Assembly: GCA_965223155.1 (NCBI GenBank)
Contig: CBDCVR010000015.1
Location: 32,001-96,000 of the forward strand
Reading direction: 5' to 3'
Length of the DNA: 64,000 nt
DNA from: Candidatus Multivoradales bacterium
GTDB taxonomy: Bacteria; Acidobacteriota; Thermoanaerobaculia; Multivoradales; JAHEKO01
Positions 1-7,544 of the stretch are shown here, piece by piece (positions within the stretch are counted from its first letter, which is position 1; every line of letters begins with the position of its first letter). Both the position numbers and the translations under genes were made by a program. The notes under the pieces are model-generated. The model was given only the letters and a program-made list of their open reading frames with translations. It did no database searches and was not told the DNA's origin.

Positions 1-114
1 ACCTCGAGCATCTACAAGATCCTGGAACGCTGCTTGGCCGCCCTGTCCAAGAACCTGCTGGCGCGCGATCCCAACGCCGAGGCGGCGTGCTCACCCCGAT
101 CCGAGCCGATCTAA
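1..114 (+). CDS. 3' end of a gene running in from outside the window (…TSSIYKILERCLAALSKNLLARDPNAEAACSPRSEPI*), possibly an ECF sigma factor region-4 tail
   Basis: Open frame 1 with GC3-rich codons ending TAA at 112-114. The resemblance to a sigma region 4.2 helix is impressionistic. Confidence 0.35.
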   Translation, partial: TSSIYKILERCLAALSKNLLARDPNAEAACSPRSEPI

Positions 115-220
115 GAAAAACCCCACCCAGGGGATTCAAGGTCGGGGCCCGCTTCCGGCCCGTGCTAGTCTCTCGCCCGGCCCCGTCGGTGCCCGCCCCT
201 GTCCGGCCACCCACCCGCCC

Positions 221-1555
221 ATGCGCCCGAAGCGAACGCAGCTCAGTCTCTGGATCTCGGTGCTGGCGCTCGCTTACGGCTGTGCCCAGGAGCCGGAGCC
301 GGACCCGCAACCCGCGGGAGCGGCCGCGAACGTCCTCCTCATCTCGATTGACACGCTCCGGGCCGACCATCTGGGCTGCTACGGCTACGACCGGCCAACC
401 TCGCCGGGGCTGGACGAGCTCTGCCGGGACTCGGCGGTTTTCGAGCAGGCGATGGCGCACGCACCCTCCACCGTCCACTCCCATGCCTCGATCCTGACCT
501 CGCTCCTACCCCATCACCACAACGCCTCTTGGGGAGCCAAGACCGCGCTGTCGCCCGAGGCCCTGACGCTGGCCGAGGTTCTGGGCGAAGCCGGCTACGC
601 CACCGCCGCGTTCACCGGCGGCGGGCAGATGGACCGGGTGTTCGGTCTCGACCAGGGGTTCGATCTCTACCAGCAGCCCGGACACGAACGCTTCGCCGGC
701 ACCGTCGGCGAGGCGGTGGAGTGGCTGGAACAGGAGCCGCGGGAGCCCTTCTTCCTCTTCTTGCACACGTACGAGACGCACCACCCCTACGAGCCGGAGG
801 CTGAGTACCTCGAAGCCTTCGATACGGGCTATTCCGGCGATCTCCCGGACGCGATCAGCGTCGACTTCCTACGCGCGCTGAATCGCAAGGAGTTCGAGGT
901 CGACGAGGCTGACGTCCAGCACATCGTCAATACCTACGACGGCGAGATCCGCTCGATGGACCACGCTCTCGGGGGCCTGATGGCGTATCTGAAGGAGCAG
1001 GGCCTCTACGAGAACACCTTGATCGTCTTCACCTCGGATCACGGCGAAGAGTTCGGCGAGCACGGCCGCATCGGCTGGCACTCACACTCGCTCTACGACG
1101 AGTTGCTCCACGTCCCACTGGTCGTCAAGTTTCCAGGCGACGTCCACTCCGGCGTGCGCAGTCCGGTGCAGGTTCGGGGTATCGACATTGCTCCCACGAT
1201 TCTGGCGAGCCTGGGCATCGGGGTCCCGGATGAGTTTGCCGGCACCGACCTGGCCGGGGTCCTGGCGGGATCGAGTCCGGTGCTGCCGGCGATCAGCCGC
1301 CGGGACCGGCCCGCCCGCCGGACCTTCGACTCGATCCGCGTGCCGGGCTGGAAGCTGTACCAGGGGCAGCTCTTCGATCTCAATGACGACCCCGAAGAGC
1401 TCTGGGACACCGCCTTCAGCAATCCCACCAAGGTGCGCGAGCTCGAGGAGTTTCTAGAGAGCGAGCTGGCCGCCCGCGAGGGTTTCGACAGCCCCCGGCT
1501 GATGCCTACCGACAAGACGCTCGAAGAGCTCCGCAAGCTCGGCTACATTCAGTAG
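221..1555 (+). CDS. Sulfatase-like / alkaline phosphatase superfamily hydrolase, probable lipoprotein
   Basis: NVLLISIDTLRADHLGCYGY, FTSDHGEEFGEHG and HVPLVVKFPG motifs; lipobox-like LAYGC; C-terminal LRKLGYI. Confidence 0.85.
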   Translation: MRPKRTQLSLWISVLALAYGCAQEPEPDPQPAGAAANVLLISIDTLRADHLGCYGYDRPTSPGLDELCRDSAVFEQAMAHAPSTVHSHASILTSLLPHHHNASWGAKTALSPEALTLAEVLGEAGYATAAFTGGGQMDRVFGLDQGFDLYQQPGHERFAGTVGEAVEWLEQEPREPFFLFLHTYETHHPYEPEAEYLEAFDTGYSGDLPDAISVDFLRALNRKEFEVDEADVQHIVNTYDGEIRSMDHALGGLMAYLKEQGLYENTLIVFTSDHGEEFGEHGRIGWHSHSLYDELLHVPLVVKFPGDVHSGVRSPVQVRGIDIAPTILASLGIGVPDEFAGTDLAGVLAGSSPVLPAISRRDRPARRTFDSIRVPGWKLYQGQLFDLNDDPEELWDTAFSNPTKVRELEEFLESELAAREGFDSPRLMPTDKTLEELRKLGYIQ

Positions 1556-1580
1556 CCCGCACTCAATCACCCCACGGCCG

Positions 1581-1613
1581 AACAAAGAAATGGGCCGGAC
1601 ATGCGTCCGGCCC
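1581..1613 (-). terminator. Intrinsic terminator
   Basis: GGGCCGGAC-4nt-GTCCGGCCC stem (1592-1613) followed on the minus strand by ATTTCTTTGTT. Confidence 0.75.
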
Positions 1614-1672
1614 TGAAACCGCGCGGCGAACGGGGAAGGAGGGGACCCGTCGGCCGCGAAAGCTATGAAGCC
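1581..1672 (-). ncRNA. Candidate small RNA with an anti-Shine-Dalgarno loop
   Basis: TAGACT -10 box at 1683-1678; stem-loop with loop UCCCCUCCUUC; 9-bp terminator hairpin followed by a U-rich tail. Confidence 0.5.
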
Positions 1673-1777
1673 CCTAGAGTCTAGGGCTCGAGCTCGGGAC
1701 GCGCTGTGGCCTGGGCCACAGCCGTCCGCGAACGGCCAGCCCGGTCCTCTGGCCGCAATCGGGCCCGGTAGCCCTTC

Positions 1778-2104
1778 TTAGGACGGGCTTGGGGGCGTGC
1801 CGTCGTCGTCCGCCGGTCCCAGCTCGTCGAACGCCTTGCGGGCGGCGTCGGCAAGCTCGTCGTCGCCGGTCAGCGCCCGGATGCACTTGGGCAGGAACGA
1901 GGCCGGCTCCTCGCCGAGCGCCCACTCGAAGCGATGGAGTAACTCGATCAGCAGAAACGAGAACGCGGCGCTATCCAGCGTCCGGTCGTCCAGCTGGTTG
2001 GCAATCTTCTGGAAGACCAGATCGCGGGCCCTGGAGTTCGGACCCAGCGTACGCAGGCGGGCCAGGATCACCTCCCGATCCGGGAGCTCGACAAAATGCT
2101 GCAT
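1778..2104 (-). CDS. Hypothetical protein (helical, 108 aa)
   Basis: ATG-started ORF with protein-like composition filling the gap; no recognised motif. Confidence 0.6.
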   Translation of the reverse strand: MQHFVELPDREVILARLRTLGPNSRARDLVFQKIANQLDDRTLDSAAFSFLLIELLHRFEWALGEEPASFLPKCIRALTGDDELADAARKAFDELGPADDDGTPPSPS

Positions 2105-2170
2105 CGGATTGGTGCCGGTCCGCTATGATCGCGGACGCGCATCTAACGCAATTGTGACGTAGAGACCGCG

Positions 2171-2599
2171 ATGGAGCAAACGTCAGCCACAGCTCTCGAG
2201 GTGTTTTCGCCGGAGTGGACTACCGCCCTGGGTGCCGCGATCGACGTGGATGCCGGGTACCGGGATCTGGCTCGAGACTGGAAGGGCGTCTTGGGGCTGC
2301 GTGCCACGGATCTGGCCGGCGGCCGCACGGCCATCCTGGATCTCCAGGAGGGACGCTGCCGGAACACCTCGAACGACGTCGAGGCGTACCCGCCCGAGTA
2401 CGTCCTGGAGGCCGAGCTCGCAACCTGGAAGAAGGTGCTGGAGGGCACGATCGATCCGATCTGGGGTCTGATGTCGGGCCAGATCCGGCTGGGCTCTGGG
2501 GCGCTGGCCGATCTCCTGCCACAAGCGCAGGCGGCCCAGCGCATCGTCGCCTGCGCGCGCGACTTGCCCGCGGTGTTTCCCGAGGTTGCGGAACCATGA
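2171..2599 (+). CDS. SCP2 (sterol carrier protein 2) lipid-binding domain protein
   Basis: FSPEW…YRDLARDWKG, LDLQEGRC and WKKVLEGTIDPIWGLMSGQIRL are typical of SCP2; stop overlaps the next ATG (ATGA). Confidence 0.8.
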   Translation: MEQTSATALEVFSPEWTTALGAAIDVDAGYRDLARDWKGVLGLRATDLAGGRTAILDLQEGRCRNTSNDVEAYPPEYVLEAELATWKKVLEGTIDPIWGLMSGQIRLGSGALADLLPQAQAAQRIVACARDLPAVFPEVAEP

Positions 2600-3603
2600 C
2601 GTCCGGCGAGCGCATCTATCAGACCACCAGCCGCAAGGGCCTCGACGGCGCGATTCTGCCCATGCGCCTGTGGCAGCGCGCCAAGCGAATCGGTATCTGG
2701 AACCCGGTCGAGATCGACTTCTCCCAGGACCGCCGGGACTGGCGGAAGCTGGACGCTCTCGAACGCACCGTCCTCCTCCACCTGAGCTCGCTCTTTCAGG
2801 CCGGGGAGGAGTCGGTCACCCTGGATCTGTTGCCACTCATTGCCACGGTCGCCGCCGAGGGCCGGCTGGAGGAAGAGATCTACCTGACCTCGTTCCTGTG
2901 GGAGGAAGCCAAGCACGTGGAGCTGTTTCGGCGTTTCCTCGACGAGGTGGCCGAGGACTCGAGCGATCTCGCCCGCTTCCACTCGCCGGCCTATCGCGGG
3001 ATCTTCTACGACGAGCTGCCCACCGCCCTGGCGGCGCTCTGGACCGACCGATCGCCCCCGGCTCAGGCCCGGGCCTCGGTCGTCTACAACATGATCGTCG
3101 AAGGCGTCCTGGCCGAGACCGGATACCACGCCTACTACCGGATGCTCGAGGACAACGACCTGATGCCGGGGATGCAGCAGGCGGTCCGCTACCTGCAAGC
3201 GGACGAGGCCCGGCACCTGGCCTACGGCGTCTACCTGCTCTCGCGGCTGGTCGCCGAGCACGGCGAGCCGGTGTGGACGGCTATCGACGAACACATGAAC
3301 CGTCTGGCGCCACTCGCTCTGGACATCATCCGGGAAGTGTTCGACGCCTACGACACGATGCCGTTCGGACTCGACTTCGGGACCTTCTCGGGCTTCGCCT
3401 TGACCCAGTTCCAGAAGCGCTACGCCCGCATCGAGAAGGCGCGGGCGGCCAGCCTGGCCGACATCGACGCCCAGTCTCTGGAGGAGCTCTCCGAGCCGGA
3501 CGGGGACGTGCGGCGGAGCTCCTCAGGCGACTCGGTTCCCGGCTCGAGCCCCGGCCTGGAGACCTCCGAAACAACCCCGCCAGGCCCGCGTAGTGCAGCT
3601 TGA
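2596..3603 (+). CDS. R2-like ligand-binding oxidase (R2lox, Mn/Fe ferritin-like)
   Basis: LFQAGEESVTLDL, EEAKH, YNMIVEGVLAETGY and DEARH motifs; start moved to ATG 2596, which overlaps the SCP2 stop. Confidence 0.9.
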   Translation: MTSGERIYQTTSRKGLDGAILPMRLWQRAKRIGIWNPVEIDFSQDRRDWRKLDALERTVLLHLSSLFQAGEESVTLDLLPLIATVAAEGRLEEEIYLTSFLWEEAKHVELFRRFLDEVAEDSSDLARFHSPAYRGIFYDELPTALAALWTDRSPPAQARASVVYNMIVEGVLAETGYHAYYRMLEDNDLMPGMQQAVRYLQADEARHLAYGVYLLSRLVAEHGEPVWTAIDEHMNRLAPLALDIIREVFDAYDTMPFGLDFGTFSGFALTQFQKRYARIEKARAASLADIDAQSLEELSEPDGDVRRSSSGDSVPGSSPGLETSETTPPGPRSAA

Positions 3604-3615
3604 GGAGCACGCACG

Positions 3616-3816
3616 ATGGCCAATACCAGGAATCCCCTGCACCGATCCCGAAGCCATCGAGTCATCGCCGGAGTCTGCGGTGGTCTCGCCCAATGGCTGG
3701 GCTGGGACCCAACGGTCATCCGGCTGCTGTACGTCATCGTCTCGATCGTCTCCGCCGGCTTCCCGGGAATCCTGGTCTATGTGATTCTCTGGGTCCTGAT
3801 GCCGGAGAAGTCGTAG
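3616..3816 (+). CDS. pspC: PspC domain protein
   Basis: LHRSRSHRVIAGVCGGLAQWLGWDPTVIRL…YVILWVLMP; GAGGAG RBS. Confidence 0.9.
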   Translation: MANTRNPLHRSRSHRVIAGVCGGLAQWLGWDPTVIRLLYVIVSIVSAGFPGILVYVILWVLMPEKS

Positions 3817-3849
3817 GGCGCAGGCCTCGAATTCCGCAGCGGGCAGCCA

Positions 3850-5019
3850 GTGTTCGGACGCCGGTTCAAGATCTTCGACGCCTTCGGGATTCCCGTCTTC
3901 GTCGACCTGAGCTGGTTCGTCGTCGCCCTGCTGATCGCCTGGTCGCTGGCCGGCAACGCCTTCCCGCAGAGCCTCCCGGGCCGTTCGAGCGGCTCGTACT
4001 GGCTCATGGGCAGCATCGCGACCCTGGGACTCTTCTTGTCGATCCTGCTCCACGAGTTCGGCCACGCCCTGGTGGCGCGCCGCTTCGCGGTCCCGATTCG
4101 AGGCATCACGCTCTTCATCTTCGGTGGCGTGGCCGAGATGGAGGACGAGCCGCCCAGCGCCAAGGCCGAGTTCCTGGTCGCCATCGCCGGGCCCTTGGTA
4201 AGCGTCGCCCTGGGTGTCGTCGCGCTGGGTACCGCGGCGATTTTGGGCGGACCTCCCTCGGCCACGACGGTCCTCGAGTTCCTGGGCGGTTTGAACCTCG
4301 TTCTCGTCGCCTTCAACATGATCCCCGCGTTTCCCCTCGACGGCGGCAGGGTGCTGCGCTCGGCGCTCTGGCATGTGCGCGGCGACCTGCGCTGGGCCAC
4401 TCGCGTCACTTCCGCGATCGGCTCGGGTTTCGGCATCCTCCTGATCGGCCTGGGTCTCTATCGCGCGCTCTTCGCCGGGGATCTCATCGGCGGGCTCTGG
4501 AGCTTCATGATCGGCATGTTCCTGCGCAACGCCGCGCAGATGTCGTACAAGCAGCTCGTGATGCGCAAATCCCTCGAAGGCGAACCGGTGTCGCGCTTCA
4601 TGATCGCCGATCCGGTCACCGTGCCGCGCTCGACCCCGGTCTCGGAGCTGGTCGAGAGCTACATTTACCGCCATCACTTCAAGATGTTCCCGGTGGTGGA
4701 GGGCGGCCGCCTGCTGGGCTGCGTGACCACCCGCGCGGTCAAGGCGCTTCCCCGGGCCGAGTGGGACCGGCAAAGCGTGAGCGCGATCATGGAGCCCTGC
4801 TCCAGCGCCAACACCATCGATCCCGAGGCCGACGCCATGGAGGCGCTGGCCCGCATGAGCCGGGCCGGCGCCTCGCGCCTGCTGGTGGCTCGGGACGGCG
4901 AACTCTTGGGCATCCTTGCGCTCAAGGATCTGGTGCGCTTCCTGGCCCTCAAGATCGAGCTCGAGGGCACCGGCGGTGGCCGTGCCGAGCCCGACCCACC
5001 GGCGGCCGGTACCGATTGA
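3850..5019 (+). CDS. Site-2 protease (M50 family) with a CBS domain pair
   Basis: HEFGH zinc motif, FNMIPAFPLDGGR, C-terminal tandem CBS repeats. Confidence 0.92.
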   Translation: MFGRRFKIFDAFGIPVFVDLSWFVVALLIAWSLAGNAFPQSLPGRSSGSYWLMGSIATLGLFLSILLHEFGHALVARRFAVPIRGITLFIFGGVAEMEDEPPSAKAEFLVAIAGPLVSVALGVVALGTAAILGGPPSATTVLEFLGGLNLVLVAFNMIPAFPLDGGRVLRSALWHVRGDLRWATRVTSAIGSGFGILLIGLGLYRALFAGDLIGGLWSFMIGMFLRNAAQMSYKQLVMRKSLEGEPVSRFMIADPVTVPRSTPVSELVESYIYRHHFKMFPVVEGGRLLGCVTTRAVKALPRAEWDRQSVSAIMEPCSSANTIDPEADAMEALARMSRAGASRLLVARDGELLGILALKDLVRFLALKIELEGTGGGRAEPDPPAAGTD

Positions 5020-5142
5020 CAGCCCGAACGGACGCGGCTAGCCTGATCGCCTCACCGGAACCGTTACGCGAATTCCCGAGCGAGAACCAGCAGCCCGTGG
5101 CAGAAGGCAGCCGAGTGCTATCCAGAAGAACGGAAGCGACCC

Positions 5143-6717
5143 GTGAGCGCTGACAACGTGGGTCGCGAACGCTGGGGTACCCGGATCGGCCTGGTGCTGG
5201 CGATGGCCGGAAACGCCGTCGGCCTCGGCAACTTCCTGCGCTTCCCGGTGCAGGCCGCCCAGAACGGCGGCGGCACCTTCATGATCCCGTACTTCATCTC
5301 GTTCCTCCTGCTCGGCATTCCCATGATGTGGATCGAGTGGGGGGTCGGCCGCTTCGGCGGCACCCACGGGCACGGCTCGGTGCCGGGCATGTTCGACCGC
5401 CTGACCGACCGCAAGAAGCCATGGGCCAAGTACCTGGGGGTGCTGGGCGTGGCTCTGCCCTTCGTCGTCTTCGTCTACTACACCTTCATCGTCTCGTGGA
5501 TGCTGGGCATGAGCGTCTTCAGCCTCACCGGCGACTATTTCGGGCTAGGCGACGTGGACCGGATGCGGGCCTACCTGGCGTCCTTCCAGAACCTGGGAGA
5601 CTCGAGCTATATCGGTCCCGCGGTGACGCTGGGCTTTTTCGCGGTGACGTTCGTTTTCATCGGCCTGGTGCTGTCGCGCGGGCTCTCCGGAGGCATCGAG
5701 CGCCTGGCGCTCATCGGCATGCCGATCCTCTTCGGCTTCGCCTTCATTCTGATGGCGCGGGTTTTGACACTGCCGCCGGTCGTGGCCTCGCCCGCCGACG
5801 GGCTCAACTTCATCTGGAGTCCCGACTGGAGCAGCCTCGGCAACGCCAAGGTCTGGCTGGCCGCCGCCGGCCAGATGTTTTTCACCCTGTCGATCGGCAT
5901 GGGCAGCATCCAGACCTACGCCTCGTACGTGCGCAAGGACGAGGACGTCACGCTGACCGGCCTCTCGACCGCGGCCACCAATGAGTTCGCCGAGGTCGTG
6001 CTCGGAGGCACGATCGCAATTCCGGCGGCGGTGGTCTTTTTCGGCGTCGCCGGCGCCACCGCCATCGCCACCGGCGGCCCCTTCGATCTGGGCATCGTGG
6101 CCATGAGCGTGGTCTTCCAGGGCTTGCCCGGCCCCGAGATCCTGGGACGGCTGCTGGCCTTCCTGTGGTTCTTCCTCCTGTTCGTGGCCGGCATCACGTC
6201 GAGCGTGGCGATGGCCAGCCCGACGATCGCGTTCTTGCAGGACGAGCTGGGGCTCACCCGCAAGCGCGCCGCCAGGGCGGTGACCGCGGTCGCGCTCGTC
6301 CTGGGCCTTTTCCACGTCCTCTTCTACAGCCGTGGCGTTCTGGGTGAATGGGACTACTGGGCCGGCACCTTCGGCCTGGTCGTCTTCGCCGCCGTCGAGG
6401 TCGTGCTCTTTGTCTTCGTCTTCGGCATCGATCGAGGCTGGAACGAGTTGCACCGGGGCGCCGACCTGCGCATTCCGGCGCTCTACAAGCCGATCATGCG
6501 CTACGTGACGCCGCTCTTCCTGTACACGCTCCTGGGCTGGTGGGCGGTCACCGAAGCACTGCCGACGCTCATGATGCGTGGCGTCGACGACCCGAGCCAG
6601 GTGCCCTATCTCTGGCTCAGCCGCATCCTGATGCTGGCCTTGTTCGCCACCGGTCTCGTGCTCATCCGCAAAGCCTGGGCCGACCGCCCGGAACCGCTAT
6701 CGAGCGAGGATTCGTAG
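5143..6717 (+). CDS. Sodium-dependent transporter, NSS/SNF (LeuT-like) family
   Basis: RERWGTRIGLVLAMAGNAVGLGNFLRFP and AAGQMFFTLS motifs; about 12 hydrophobic segments. Confidence 0.93.
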   Translation: MSADNVGRERWGTRIGLVLAMAGNAVGLGNFLRFPVQAAQNGGGTFMIPYFISFLLLGIPMMWIEWGVGRFGGTHGHGSVPGMFDRLTDRKKPWAKYLGVLGVALPFVVFVYYTFIVSWMLGMSVFSLTGDYFGLGDVDRMRAYLASFQNLGDSSYIGPAVTLGFFAVTFVFIGLVLSRGLSGGIERLALIGMPILFGFAFILMARVLTLPPVVASPADGLNFIWSPDWSSLGNAKVWLAAAGQMFFTLSIGMGSIQTYASYVRKDEDVTLTGLSTAATNEFAEVVLGGTIAIPAAVVFFGVAGATAIATGGPFDLGIVAMSVVFQGLPGPEILGRLLAFLWFFLLFVAGITSSVAMASPTIAFLQDELGLTRKRAARAVTAVALVLGLFHVLFYSRGVLGEWDYWAGTFGLVVFAAVEVVLFVFVFGIDRGWNELHRGADLRIPALYKPIMRYVTPLFLYTLLGWWAVTEALPTLMMRGVDDPSQVPYLWLSRILMLALFATGLVLIRKAWADRPEPLSSEDS

Positions 6718-6810
6718 ATGGAACCTTTTGCCCTGGTCTTCATGCTGGTGTCGATGGCCGCGGTCACGACCCTGGCCGGCTACTGCCTGCGGCGTATTCT
6801 CAAGGGCTGA
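6718..6810 (+). CDS. 30-aa single-TM peptide, putative small subunit of the NSS transporter (MetS-like)
   Basis: MEPFALVFMLVSMAAVTTLAGYCLRRILKG*; ATG immediately after the transporter TAG; GAGGA RBS; below the ORF-track cutoff. Confidence 0.7.
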   Translation: MEPFALVFMLVSMAAVTTLAGYCLRRILKG

Positions 6811-6859
6811 GGCTCAGCCCAGGCCCTGGCTCAGACTCAGGCCCTGGCTCACGCTCAGC

Positions 6860-7512
6860 TCAGAACAGCCTGCCCTGCGCGGCTGGATCGAGACAGGCCG
6901 GATCTCCCGCATCGAGGGCGTAGAGCTTCTCCGTCACCCGGTACCCGGTCAGTCCGGGGTCCGGAGATGCCTCCAACAGCCGCGTCAACCGATCCTCGTC
7001 CTCGAGGGCGGGGTCCAGCCAGGCGTCAAACTGGGCGGGGGCCAGAATCGCCGGCATCCTCGCGTGCACGGCGCCCACCACGGCATTGGGCCGGGTGGTG
7101 AGAATCGCGAAGCCGGGCGTCGCACCGCCGGACCAGATCCCGGCCAGGGCCAGAAGCTGGCGATCGGCCGGCTCGAAGTAGTACTGCTCGCGCCCGGCCC
7201 GGCGCCGGCCTCGGGGCTCGAAGAAACCTGACACCGGGATCAGACAGCGCCGGGCTCGCGCGGCCTCGGCAAAGGCCCGCTTCGCGAACGCGCTCTCGGC
7301 GCGGGCGTTGATCTGCGAGCGCCCGCCAGCCCCGCCGCCAAAGCCCCAGCGCAAGAGCTCGCCCAAGCGGCCCTCCGGCCGCTGCCGGATCACCAGCCCC
7401 TCGGTGCCCGGCGACACCTTGTAGCGGGGCTCGAAATCGGCCACCTCGTCGGCGCCGACGAAATCGCGCACCTCCCGCCGGCCCTTGGTCACAGGGAATA
7501 GAGACCGCACAT
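6860..7512 (-). pseudogene. SOS response-associated peptidase (SRAP/YedK/HMCES) with a frameshift after codon 7
   Basis: MCGLYSL* (7512-7489) is in one frame; the body with INARAES, RRCLIPVSGFFE and HARMPAIL is in another. Confidence 0.8.
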
Positions 7513-7544
7513 GCGAGGGAATCGTACCGGCGCCCGCGGTGGCG

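Noticed and set aside
1631-1781. Plus-strand small ORF driven by GGAAGGAGGGG
   Set aside because: The nearest ATG (1665) is over 20 nt away and the peptide looks non-coding; the minus-strand sRNA reading fits better
2215-2595. N-terminal extension of the R2lox ORF
   Set aside because: It overlaps the SCP2 gene in another frame; the ATGA-coupled start at 2596 fits better
2596-3603. Ribonucleotide reductase beta subunit call
   Set aside because: The motifs match R2lox and no nrdA/nrdE is nearby
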